Positions 45,393-54,068 of a stretch of 64,000 nt of DNA are shown piece after piece. Positions within the stretch are counted from its first letter, which is position 1. Every line of letters begins with the position of its first letter. Under the pieces are notes generated by a model, which saw only the letters and a list, made by a program, of their open reading frames with translations, was not told the DNA's origin and did no database searches. The position numbers and the translations under genes were made by a program. Origin of the DNA: Candidatus Saccharimonadales bacterium (GTDB taxonomy: Bacteria; Patescibacteriota; Saccharimonadia; Saccharimonadales; UBA10212); contig DASTXL010000002.1 in NCBI GenBank assembly GCA_035758565.1, positions 83,118 through 147,117 of the forward strand. The letters run 5' to 3'.

Positions 45393-45507
45393 ACCTAAAG
45401 TCGCTAGCGCTCCTGGGATAATTTCGTCGCGTGCTCGAAATAAATTCCTGCGCGCGCTCCTCATTACCGAACCCTGGCTCAAATCCTGCGCTTTCAACTA
45501 GAAAGCT

Positions 45508-45535
45508 AAAGCCGGCCTAGTGAAAGACCGGCTTT
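45508..45535 (-). terminator. Hairpin immediately 3' of tRNA-Ser(GGA)
   Basis: AAAGCCGG (45508-45515) pairs with CCGGCTTT (45528-45535). Confidence 0.5.
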
Positions 45536-45542
45536 ACCTTCC

Positions 45543-45633
45543 TGGCGGAAGGGGCGGGATTCGAACCCGCGATACGCTTTGGGCGCATACACGCTTTCCA
45601 AGCGTGCTCCTTCAACCACTCGGACACCCTTCC
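45543..45633 (-). tRNA. tRNA-Ser (anticodon GGA), CCA encoded
   Basis: Manual fold: acceptor GGAAGGG/CCCTTCC, anticodon stem CACGC/GCGTG with loop TTGGAAA, long variable arm, T arm GCGGG-TTCGAAT-CCCGC, then GCCA. Confidence 0.9.
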
Positions 45634-45812
45634 GTACCGAAATATTTTACCAGAGATTAATCTAGATTTTTTTACAACTTTTTCTTTTTGTATAGGAAGT
45701 TATCCCCAGCGTACACTTTAAAGAGACTTGGAAGTTAGCCTGCCAGTCGATCGGGAGAAATCCGCAAGTAGGGTGCGGCTTATTCTTCAGACTAAATTTT
45801 TAAAGGATTTAA

Positions 45813-46682
45813 ATGGCCCTTATAGAACTACGTGACGTATCGAAAGTTTACGGCTTCGGCGATGCTACTACTCTGGCGCTCGACGAGGTGAGTTTAAGAG
45901 TGGAAAAGGGCGAATTCGTGGCCATCATGGGCCCATCCGGCAGCGGCAAAACGACCTTAATGAACATTATAGGAGTGCTCGACCGGCCCAGCCACGGCGA
46001 GTACTTGCTCGACGGCCGCCATGTTGCCCGTTTTAGGCCTAATCAAAGCGCTAAGTTGCGCCGCGATAAAATCGGTTTTGTGTTCCAATCATATAATTTA
46101 CTGCCACGCCTCAACGTGCTCGAAAACGTAGCCCTACCCTTGGCCTACAAAGGCATGACGCCTATGCGCAGGGCTCGTCGGGCTAGCGACATCTTAGAAC
46201 TAGTCGGTCTACGCGACCGCGAGTATTATATGCCCCGCCAGCTGTCCGGCGGCCAGGCTCAGCGGGTAGCAATTGCCCGGGCACTTATTAATAATCCGAG
46301 TTTGCTGATCGCCGACGAACCAACCGGCAACCTAGACAGCCAAGACAGCCGCGTTATTATGGAACTTCTCTCGGATCTTCATCGCCAGGGTAATACTATT
46401 TTGATGGTTACCCATAACCCCGAACTAACCCGCTACGCTCAGCGCGTGCTCTATATGCGCGACGGCGGTGTTGTCGAAGATGAACAAACAGCCATTGGTC
46501 AAATGGCCCGCGGTGCCCGCAAGACTTTCTTTGAAAAGAAAACTTTGAGTGATGATGAGATTGCCGCCGGTGTTTCAGCCATAATGCACGCCCTGCCAGA
46601 CAAAGCCAAGCCCGCCAAAAAACGCCGCGCCAAGCCAAGAAAAACTACGCGCAAACGCGTGACCAAAAAGGTAGCGCGCTAA
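45813..46682 (+). CDS. ABC transporter ATP-binding protein (MacB/LolD-like) with a basic C-terminal tail
   Basis: Walker A GPSGSGKTT, signature LSGGQAQR, Walker B LLIADEPT. The tail is KPAKKRRAKPRKTTRKRVTKKVAR. Confidence 0.9.
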   Translation: MALIELRDVSKVYGFGDATTLALDEVSLRVEKGEFVAIMGPSGSGKTTLMNIIGVLDRPSHGEYLLDGRHVARFRPNQSAKLRRDKIGFVFQSYNLLPRLNVLENVALPLAYKGMTPMRRARRASDILELVGLRDREYYMPRQLSGGQAQRVAIARALINNPSLLIADEPTGNLDSQDSRVIMELLSDLHRQGNTILMVTHNPELTRYAQRVLYMRDGGVVEDEQTAIGQMARGARKTFFEKKTLSDDEIAAGVSAIMHALPDKAKPAKKRRAKPRKTTRKRVTKKVAR

Positions 46683-47896
46683 TGTTCAGCGGCAATTACA
46701 AGATGGCGGCGACCTATTTGCGCCAAACCAAATGGCGCTCATTGCTCACCATGCTAGGTATTATCGTCGGCGTGGCATCGGTAATTACAGTCGTTAGTTT
46801 GGGTGAAGGTCTAAAGCATCAAGTCGTTGGCCAGATTAATTCCCTAGGCAGCGATGTCGTGACCGTTCGCTCCGGTAAGCTGGTTCATCAGAACGGTAAC
46901 CAACAGGGTTTAAACCTGCTGGCCTTCTTATCGGCTAGTACGCTAACTACCAAAGACGTTACTTCGCTAGGTAAACTCTCGTCGGTCAGCCAAGTTGTGC
47001 CTTTCGACTTTGTCACCAACAGTGCCAGCTCGACCGACACCGAAGTTGACAACGCTTATGTGATTGGCACCACCCCAAATATGCCGCAAGTTCTACACCA
47101 AAAGATGTCGTACGGTAGTTTCTTTGACGGCGACTCCGACAATTTTGCAGTTATTGGTACCAATGTGGCCCACGGCTTGTTCGGCGAGTTCAATCCCGTT
47201 GGACAGTCTCTGCAAATCCGCGGCCAAAGCTTTATTGTTCACGGCGTGCTTTCGCCAACCAATGGCGGCCTGCTTTCAATCGCCCAAACAGATTACAACA
47301 ATGCTATTTTCATCCCCACAACCGCGGCTCAAGGTCTTACCGGCGACCACACCAACATCTTGCAAATCCTTCTTAAATCCAAGAATTCCTCTGACGTTTC
47401 GCAGGCCATTGCCGACGCCCAAGCTGATCTAGCGTCTAATCACGGCAACGACGATTTCACCGTTCTTAAACAAGATCAGTTGCTCGATTTAGCCGGTGGC
47501 GTAGTCAATTCTATTACCGGTTTTATATCTGGGATTGCCGCAGTTAGCTTGCTGGTTGGCGGGATTGGAATTATGGACATCATGCTAGTTAGCGTTTCTG
47601 AACGTACGCGCGAAATCGGGGTCCGCAAGGCTCTGGGCGCCACCAATCGCCAGATTCTAAACCAGTTTTTGGTAGAAGGTCTGGTGCTCACTATTTCTGG
47701 CGGCGTACTAGGCATTCTTGTTGCCCTGCTGGCCAATGTAGCCCTACGGCTTTATACCAACTGGCAGCCGGTAGTTAATTGGCCAATTATTCTACTAGCC
47801 GTGGGCGTATCGATTTTGGTGGGTGTAATTTTCTCGACGGCGCCGGCAATCAAAGCTGCCCGCAAAAATCCCATTGATGCCCTAAGAGGTAATTAG
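46682..47896 (+). CDS. ABC transporter permease (MacB periplasmic domain plus FtsX)
   Basis: N-terminal TM, a large extracytoplasmic domain and C-terminal FtsX-type helices (SVSERTREIGVRKALGA). Confidence 0.9.
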   Translation: MFSGNYKMAATYLRQTKWRSLLTMLGIIVGVASVITVVSLGEGLKHQVVGQINSLGSDVVTVRSGKLVHQNGNQQGLNLLAFLSASTLTTKDVTSLGKLSSVSQVVPFDFVTNSASSTDTEVDNAYVIGTTPNMPQVLHQKMSYGSFFDGDSDNFAVIGTNVAHGLFGEFNPVGQSLQIRGQSFIVHGVLSPTNGGLLSIAQTDYNNAIFIPTTAAQGLTGDHTNILQILLKSKNSSDVSQAIADAQADLASNHGNDDFTVLKQDQLLDLAGGVVNSITGFISGIAAVSLLVGGIGIMDIMLVSVSERTREIGVRKALGATNRQILNQFLVEGLVLTISGGVLGILVALLANVALRLYTNWQPVVNWPIILLAVGVSILVGVIFSTAPAIKAARKNPIDALRGN

Positions 47897-47898
47897 AT

Positions 47899-48153
47899 TT
47901 AGGTTCGCTTTTTTATAACTAGCCAAAGATAGACAACTGCCGAAATGATAAAAATTGTCCAGCTAATAGTCGCCAGGGTGGAGCCAATGGTCACCTTGGT
48001 GCTCGCGCTATTCAACGCTGAACAATTAGTGTCTGAGCCAATGGGACAGTTATAAACGTTCCAGATAGATAATACGCTAGCTATTTCTATCACTAATGTA
48101 GCCGCAAAAGAAGCTATCAAAATTTTAAGTACGTTTTTCTTAGTTAGTTTCAT
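47899..48153 (-). CDS. Small membrane protein
   Basis: Two hydrophobic helices (ILIASFAATLVIEIASVL; WTIFIISAVVYLWLVI). Confidence 0.45.
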   Translation of the reverse strand: MKLTKKNVLKILIASFAATLVIEIASVLSIWNVYNCPIGSDTNCSALNSASTKVTIGSTLATISWTIFIISAVVYLWLVIKKRT

Positions 48154-49181
48154 TGGTCGAGTTGTTTTTTGAACTTTTCAACCAGATCAACCGGTGCCGG
48201 GTTTTGATTGTTCAGCAGGGCTACATAAATTGACACAAAGTCGCCAAAGCAGACTGCCCAAAGCAGCTGCTCCAAAACTGTTTGGCCCTCAGGCTTCACA
48301 ATGTACGGTGCTGGTCTGCGACCGGAAAGCAATTTCTCGGCCACCTCAAACCGCTTTAAAATTCTAGGATTTTCTAAGCCGGAACGCAGCTCCACAATAG
48401 CGTAAGGCTTCTCAATTGGATGGCTAGACCAGCCAATCAGTTCATTATGGTCAAATTCACTCAACTGATTCCACCAAGCTACGTTCTTAGCGTTCTCGTT
48501 AAAACTTATTTTCCACTTGTAGGCAGCCGGCGCCATCAGCGGACCGCCGTAAATCACGATCGAATTGCCGGCTAGCTCCATAGCTAGTTTTTTGGCTGGA
48601 TTATCTTTTTGCGGCACCGTTGGCAGCCAGGTTTTAACCACTTCGGTTAGAAATGTGGCAGTTTGGTGCAGCTCCTTGGTGGCCTCGTTTTTGTTGAGCA
48701 GGCCGGCGGCTTCCAAAATCGCCACAAGGGCCTTAAGGTTATAAAAAACCGCATACCTAGGCTGGTCGGCTTTAGGCAACAGTAAAAGCGAGTGCCCTTT
48801 TTCTTTGGCAATTTCGACTAACTTGCCGCCACCAGCAATCACTAGAACCTTAGCGCCCTTTTCTTCTGCCTCGGCTAGAGCCGAAAGTGTTTCTTCGGTA
48901 TTGCCTGAATAACTAGAGGCTATAAAAAGCGTCTCCCGCGAAACGTATGCCGGTAAATGGTAATCGCGGCATACTTCAAAAGGCAAATTGTAGCCAGGCC
49001 ACGTAGCAGCCAGCAACGCAGCTAGTGCTGAACCACCCATGCCCGCATAAACCACATTGCTAAATTCACCGCTTATGTGTGGGAGTTCAAAGGCATACTC
49101 TAGCTGTGCCGGTTGTTTTTCGGCAATACCCAGCGCATCTTGCCCGTCTCGGAAGTGGATGAACTTCAAATCGTCGAGCAT
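48150..49181 (-). CDS. Bifunctional phosphoglucose/phosphomannose isomerase-type SIS protein
   Basis: SIS-domain layout (VVYAGMGGSALAA ... IASSYSGNTEET). Size and C-terminal domain are as in the PGI/PMI family. Confidence 0.75.
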   Translation of the reverse strand: MLDDLKFIHFRDGQDALGIAEKQPAQLEYAFELPHISGEFSNVVYAGMGGSALAALLAATWPGYNLPFEVCRDYHLPAYVSRETLFIASSYSGNTEETLSALAEAEEKGAKVLVIAGGGKLVEIAKEKGHSLLLLPKADQPRYAVFYNLKALVAILEAAGLLNKNEATKELHQTATFLTEVVKTWLPTVPQKDNPAKKLAMELAGNSIVIYGGPLMAPAAYKWKISFNENAKNVAWWNQLSEFDHNELIGWSSHPIEKPYAIVELRSGLENPRILKRFEVAEKLLSGRRPAPYIVKPEGQTVLEQLLWAVCFGDFVSIYVALLNNQNPAPVDLVEKFKKQLDQ

Positions 49182-49254
49182 AAGCCGTTTGACCCCCTAT
49201 AGTTACCTGCCTATAATTGTAAATGATAAAAGCAAAAGCACCTAAGGGGGTGGA

Positions 49255-49665
49255 ATGTTCGGACTAAACGATGATGACCGGCCGCACCACGACCACATGC
49301 CAAAAACTGACAATATGAGCGACGATTCTTCTAGCTCGCCGTTCGCGGCTGCTTATTCTTCGTTGAATGGCGGCATCAAGCCAAGCCCTCACCTCGGAGA
49401 CAACGCTGGTATGCCAGAAGAGGACTTATTGCAAATTAAGTCTCAGGCCCTCAAAAGCCTGGCTCCGCTGGTCGGTCATCTAGACCAATCTCCCGAGGAA
49501 AAATTCAAGACAACCATGATGATGATTCAGGCAACCGATAATTCCGATTTAATTCGAGATGCCTACAGCGCCGCTAATCAAATTCCAGACGAAAAGGCTC
49601 GCGCCCAGGCTCTTTTAGACGTCATTAACGAGATAAATTACTTTACCCAAAAGGGCAAAAACTAA
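49255..49665 (+). CDS. Hypothetical protein
   Basis: ORF with a GGGGG-rich SD region upstream. No motif recognised. Confidence 0.4.
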   Translation: MFGLNDDDRPHHDHMPKTDNMSDDSSSSPFAAAYSSLNGGIKPSPHLGDNAGMPEEDLLQIKSQALKSLAPLVGHLDQSPEEKFKTTMMMIQATDNSDLIRDAYSAANQIPDEKARAQALLDVINEINYFTQKGKN

Positions 49666-50123
49666 GAAGCGCGGCGGGTTTTGACGGCGTAGTGCAGCCC
49701 TGCAGCCACAAAGCTGGCCGCTAAAAATATAACAGCGACATCGCCAGGACCAGTATCTGATAGTTGTTGATTTTGATTTGCCGAGCCAGGTCCTTTGCCA
49801 GAACTGGCGCTCCCTGATGTAGAACCGGAATTAGACGAGCCACCTGTGGACTTTTTGGGTGTCTCGCTAGAGCCGTTAGGCTGCAACGGAGGAGTGGCAG
49901 TGTTGGCACCCCGAGGATTGTTAACAGCCCCATGGTTAGAGCGATGGTGGATCCAGCGGGCGCCAAAGAAAATCACCACAATCAATACGATAGCTACAAC
50001 CACCTTGGTGGCCCAGCCGAACCACGGCTGATTAGTTACCTTTTCAAACATGGTGGGTTCAGTATCCGTGCTAATTGTTGGTTCATCAGTAGGATTATTA
50101 ACAACCGGCTTTTCGGCGTTCAT
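49662..50123 (-). CDS. Low-complexity envelope protein with an N-terminal TM and a sorting-signal-like C-terminus
   Basis: N-terminal TM VVVAIVLIVVIFFGARWI, then a Gly/Ser/Asn-rich spacer. The C-terminus is LSDTG plus hydrophobic VAVIFLAASFVAAGLHYAV plus KTRRAS. Confidence 0.5.
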   Translation of the reverse strand: MNAEKPVVNNPTDEPTISTDTEPTMFEKVTNQPWFGWATKVVVAIVLIVVIFFGARWIHHRSNHGAVNNPRGANTATPPLQPNGSSETPKKSTGGSSNSGSTSGSASSGKGPGSANQNQQLSDTGPGDVAVIFLAASFVAAGLHYAVKTRRAS

Positions 50124-50175
50124 TTAAATCTCCTTTTGACATGATTATATCATAATTGGAGATTTATGCAATAAG

Positions 50176-51276
50176 CTATACCTGCCCAGGGACTTTTTTA
50201 ACCTTTTCTAAATATACCTTTCTGGTAGTGCTCATAAGGTCGCTTGAGCCGTCTAAAGTTAGCGCCCACTCGACAAGTCCGCACCGGATGGCAATGGCCG
50301 AGGCCGCCGTACGATTTTCTACGCCGAGCTTCTCATAGATGTTAGTCAAATGAAACTTTATAGTCTGCGGCGTAACAAACCGCTCTTTAGCTATGTGTTT
50401 ATTGGGCAAGCCCAGACAAACACAACCCAGTACATCCAGCTCTCCGTTAGTTAATTCCGACACTTCTTTAGGCATGTGATCCCTGGGATCTCCCTCGGCT
50501 TGTGATGGAAAGCTGATCGCATACCCGCTTGCCTTAACCAAAGAAGCGATAGATTTAAGCACATCCCCCGGCTGGTTAACTTCAAAGAGCTCGTACATTC
50601 GTCTCATATGCTCCCAGACATATTCTTCAGAAAGGCAAAGCTTTTCGGCCGCCTGCGCCCTGGAGGCTCCTTCGTCAAGCATGGTCAATACTTCGTACAT
50701 GGCCAGCGGAATTCTGCCCAAAATCTTTTGAGCCGACTCTTTGTTATCCTCCGGAATTAGCGCCTGGCTTAGCCTGGCCATCATTTCCTGGTCTTCGGGC
50801 GATAGTCGAAAAATACTAATGTTGTTTTGGAAAATGCGATTGGCTACCATCATTAATAGGCCGGCAGCCTTTATAACCTTCTCCTTCCTTGCGGTCTCCT
50901 GGTTTGTAGCCTCGTTATAGATTGCCACGGCTTTTAGCCCACCGCTAACGCCTAATTTTTTATAAACATGGCTGCGGTGATACTTAACCGTTTCGGGCGT
51001 AACCCACAGCTGTTGGGCAGCTTCCTGGATACCCAGCCCTTGGCTCATTAACTTTAAGTGCTCGTGTTCGGCAAGGGTCAAAGATTCAGCTCCCTCAGGA
51101 AGCGACCGATCCCGGATATTTAAAAAATCCAAAGCTATGCCGCCAACCTCAGCGGCAGCTATGGCCAATCTAACTTCGACAGCGCGTATCCGATCTTCTG
51201 TTTGGGAGGCGGGAACAGGTTCGTCAGTGGCGCCGGTCGGGATTTCGAGCTGATCCAGCTCTCCCAGGCTCTCCAT
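50176..51276 (-). CDS. Regulator with three LuxR/GerE-type HTH modules and no receiver or sensor domain
   Basis: HTH 1 is LTLAEHEHLKLMSQGLGIQEAAQQLWVTPETVKYHRSHVYKKLGV. HTH 2 (degenerate) is MYEVLTMLDEGASRAQAAEKLCLSEEYVWEHMRRMYELFEV. HTH 3 is LTNGELDVLGCVCLGLPNKHIAKERFVTPQTIKFHLTNIYEKLGV. Confidence 0.75.
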   Translation of the reverse strand: MESLGELDQLEIPTGATDEPVPASQTEDRIRAVEVRLAIAAAEVGGIALDFLNIRDRSLPEGAESLTLAEHEHLKLMSQGLGIQEAAQQLWVTPETVKYHRSHVYKKLGVSGGLKAVAIYNEATNQETARKEKVIKAAGLLMMVANRIFQNNISIFRLSPEDQEMMARLSQALIPEDNKESAQKILGRIPLAMYEVLTMLDEGASRAQAAEKLCLSEEYVWEHMRRMYELFEVNQPGDVLKSIASLVKASGYAISFPSQAEGDPRDHMPKEVSELTNGELDVLGCVCLGLPNKHIAKERFVTPQTIKFHLTNIYEKLGVENRTAASAIAIRCGLVEWALTLDGSSDLMSTTRKVYLEKVKKVPGQV

Positions 51277-51354
51277 CGATCACCCCCACGCTTGCTTACA
51301 TAACAAGCTAACAAGGTGGCTGATATTTATCAGTGACTAGGCGCACAAGCAGTC

Positions 51355-51381
51355 AAATAGGCGGCTATTTGCCGCCTATTT
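51355..51381 (-). terminator. Hairpin terminator after groEL
   Basis: AAATAGGCGGC (51355-51365), loop TATTT, GCCGCCTATTT (51371-51381). Confidence 0.65.
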
Positions 51382-51403
51382 TCTATGCGATTTGGCAGAG
51401 CTT

Positions 51404-53047
51404 CTACATCATGCCCATACCGCCCATGTCAGGGGCGGCCGGGGCAGATTTTTCTGGGATGTCGACAACTAGCGCGCCCATGGTCATGGCCGTCCCGGCG
51501 ATGCTAACAGCGTTTTGGATAACTTCTCTAGCCACGCGGGTTGGGTCAATTATTCCTTCGGACTTAAGGTCGACCAACTTGTCCGGTGTATTAACATCTA
51601 CGCCCTGGCCTGGGTTTTTGTGCTCACGGATCTTTGGCAACCATTCGTCAGGATTAAGGCCAGAATTATGCATTAACTCATAAAACGGTCTTAACAGGGC
51701 TGTTTTGAACAACTGCTTGCCTTCTACTAACTCATCCGTTGAGTCAATCTTTATATGATCGCTAAGATTTACGAGCGTTACGCCACCGCCCGGTACAACG
51801 CCTTCGCTCATAGCGGCCTTAACGGCGGCCACGGCGTCATCGACGCGGTATTTCTTCTCTTCAATTTCTGTCTCGGTGGCACCGCCGACTTTGATAACGG
51901 CAACCTTGCCGGAGAGCGCCGCGCGGCGCTTCTCTAGATTTTCTTTGTCGTATTCACTTGTAGCCGCATCGACTTGCTTATTGATTTGAGCGATGCGGGC
52001 CTTGATAGCTTCGGCCGAACCAGCGCCTTCGATAATCGTCGTCTCGTCCTTGGTGACGATAACTTTGCGGGCGCTACCGATCACGCTGACGTCGGCGTTT
52101 TCGAAAGTAGTACCGGTCTCTTCGCTAATTACCTCGCCGCCGGTCAAAATAGCAATGTCGTTCAAAATGTCTTTGCGACGATCACCGAAGGCCGGAGCCT
52201 TGACGGCGACGGTATTAAACACGCCTTTCAGTTTGTTGAGGATCAGCGTGCCCATGGCTTCGCCTTCGACGTCCTCGGCAATCAAAACCAGATCTTTCTT
52301 GCCGCTCTGAGCTAGTTTCTCGAGCATCGGAAGAAATTCCTGGATGCTAGAAATCTTAGCGTCAGTAATCAAAATCGCCGGCTTGTCATAAACGGCTTCC
52401 ATACGCTCGGTATCAGTCACCATGTAGGGGCTAACGTAGCCGCGGTCCATGCTGAAGCCTTCGACAACTTCGCTCTCGAGCGCCAAACCCTGGCCTTCTT
52501 CAACGGTTACCACGCCGTCTTTGCCAACTTTTTCCATAACGTCAGCAATCAGCGCGCCAATTTCAGCGTCGCCAGCGGAAATTGTGGCGACTTCGGCTAC
52601 GCGCTCTTTTTTGCCGGCAATGTCTTCGCTCATGCCGGACAGCTGGTTAAGCACGTCTTGCGCGGCAGCTTCCAGGCCTTTTCTAAGCAGCATCGGGTTA
52701 TGGCCAGCGGCGATCAGCTTGTTGGCCTCGTTTAAAATGTGGTAGGTCAAAACCGTAACGGTAGTGGTGCCGTCGCCGGCAACGTCGTTCATCTTGCTGG
52801 CGGCTTGCTTGATCAGTTCGGCGCCGACTTTGTAGCCCAGCGTTTCGTCGTCTTTGTCTTCAACTTCTACGCCCTTGGCTACCGTCACGCCGTCGTGCGT
52901 GACACTCGGCGCGCCGTAACTTTTGCTGATTACCACGTTGCGTCCCTTCGGGCCCATGGTAGTTTTCACGGCGTTATATAAAATCTCGGCACCTTTTAAG
53001 ACGCGGGTGCGGGCGTCATCATCATAAAAAACTTTCTTGGCCATCAA
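51404..53047 (-). CDS. groEL: Chaperonin GroEL
   Basis: Full-length Cpn60, including AAMSEGVVPGGG and the C-terminal PDMGGMGMM. Confidence 0.98.
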   Translation of the reverse strand: MMAKKVFYDDDARTRVLKGAEILYNAVKTTMGPKGRNVVISKSYGAPSVTHDGVTVAKGVEVEDKDDETLGYKVGAELIKQAASKMNDVAGDGTTTVTVLTYHILNEANKLIAAGHNPMLLRKGLEAAAQDVLNQLSGMSEDIAGKKERVAEVATISAGDAEIGALIADVMEKVGKDGVVTVEEGQGLALESEVVEGFSMDRGYVSPYMVTDTERMEAVYDKPAILITDAKISSIQEFLPMLEKLAQSGKKDLVLIAEDVEGEAMGTLILNKLKGVFNTVAVKAPAFGDRRKDILNDIAILTGGEVISEETGTTFENADVSVIGSARKVIVTKDETTIIEGAGSAEAIKARIAQINKQVDAATSEYDKENLEKRRAALSGKVAVIKVGGATETEIEEKKYRVDDAVAAVKAAMSEGVVPGGGVTLVNLSDHIKIDSTDELVEGKQLFKTALLRPFYELMHNSGLNPDEWLPKIREHKNPGQGVDVNTPDKLVDLKSEGIIDPTRVAREVIQNAVSIAGTAMTMGALVVDIPEKSAPAAPDMGGMGMM

Positions 53048-53162
53048 AATCCTCCTATTTAAAGATTAACTGAGACAAACCTGGGGTTTTTCTCGTCACG
53101 CCGGGCAAATTGTGCGAAATTTGCTCGGGCTGCTCTTTTCCCTTTTAAAACTAGACTTCTCA

Positions 53163-53426
53163 TTACTTTACGGTCGCTAAAATATCTTCTTCTTTAACTA
53201 AAATGTACTCTTTGTCTTCAACCTTGACCTCGGTTGTCGAGTAGGACTTATAAACAATCCGGTCACCCGGCTTAATTTCTTTTACCCCTTTGCCAACCTT
53301 TAAAACTTTGGCCACTTTTGGCTTCTCGGCGGCTTTATCTGGCAAGTACAGGCCAGATGCAGTTTTAGTCACGGCCTCTTCTTGCTCGGCCACGACCCAC
53401 TCGTTCAATGGATTTAAACTAGACAT
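53163..53426 (-). CDS. groES: Co-chaperonin GroES
   Basis: The mobile-loop region (TASGLYLPDKAAEKP) and Cpn10 length. Confidence 0.95.
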   Translation of the reverse strand: MSSLNPLNEWVVAEQEEAVTKTASGLYLPDKAAEKPKVAKVLKVGKGVKEIKPGDRIVYKSYSTTEVKVEDKEYILVKEEDILATVK

Positions 53427-53469
53427 ATCTCCTCCTGATTATTACCTAGAATGGAGCCTCAAGCTCCAG

Positions 53470-53496
53470 CTAGCACTCATGATATACGAGTGCCAA
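53470..53496 (-). promoter_or_regulatory. CIRCE operator (HrcA site) upstream of groES
   Basis: CTAGCACTC-N9-GAGTGCCAA against the consensus TTAGCACTC-N9-GAGTGCTAA. A TTGACA -35 (minus strand, 53508-53503) precedes it. Confidence 0.8.
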
Positions 53497-53622
53497 AATT
53501 CCTGTCAAGAGATATGAAGCTTATGCTTGCCGTAACTTAATTAATGTTGACCGATTAAAATCAGAGGAGTAGACTCTTTTTATTCCAGGCCACCCCCCCC
53601 CAAGTGGAAAGGCAGGTGCGTT

Positions 53623-54033
53623 ATGTCGGGTTACGCAATCGATGGCCTCGTCATCGAGCGCTGTGGCCGCGAGGTCTCGCTGGTCAACGTCATGGGCGCG
53701 GTTCCCAACCCCGCCTCTGTCGGTCCGATCCGACGGGAGTTCGCGAAGGTCATGGGCATGCATCCGAAGCGCGTGGTCGGCCCCTCTGGGCCGGACTCCA
53801 CCGGTTCGGTCACCGTCCTGACCGCCACGGTCCCGGAGCACCGCGAGGACGACGCAGAGCTGACGATCTGGGAGATCATCGCCCGCAAGGGCAACCTGAT
53901 CGAACCTCAGCTCACCAAGACGAGCCCGAGCAACTTCGGCTCACGTCGAAGGCGCGCGATGCGCAGCCACCCGCACGAGACGCCGCTTCCGCGGCTAACG
54001 AGTCGTGGGCGCAGCTGCGGGCACCTGCACTAG
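53623..54033 (+). CDS. Orphan ORF of high-GC islet 3 (possibly decayed at the 3' end)
   Basis: This is the only frame with a protein-like N-terminal 100 aa or so (MSGYAIDGLVIERCGREVSLVNVMGAV...AELTIWEIIARKGNLIEPQ) and high third-position GC. The last 35 aa or so are Arg/His-rich and third-position GC drops, while another frame becomes GC3-rich. A frameshifted remnant is possible. Confidence 0.35.
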   Translation: MSGYAIDGLVIERCGREVSLVNVMGAVPNPASVGPIRREFAKVMGMHPKRVVGPSGPDSTGSVTVLTATVPEHREDDAELTIWEIIARKGNLIEPQLTKTSPSNFGSRRRRAMRSHPHETPLPRLTSRGRSCGHLH

Positions 54034-54043
54034 CCGGATTCGC

Positions 54044-54068
54044 GGGGACCGGGCAGCGCCCGGTCCCC
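54044..54068 (+). terminator. GC-rich perfect hairpin after the islet-3 ORF
   Basis: GGGGACCGGGC (54044-54054), loop AGC, GCCCGGTCCCC (54058-54068). It starts 10 nt after the TAG at 54031-54033. Confidence 0.55.

Noticed and set aside
45313-45501. 62-aa ORF in the tRNA-Ser(GGA) downstream region
   Set aside because: It spans hairpins and the 18-nt tRNA-end copy. It has no SD and its translation is basic and low in complexity.
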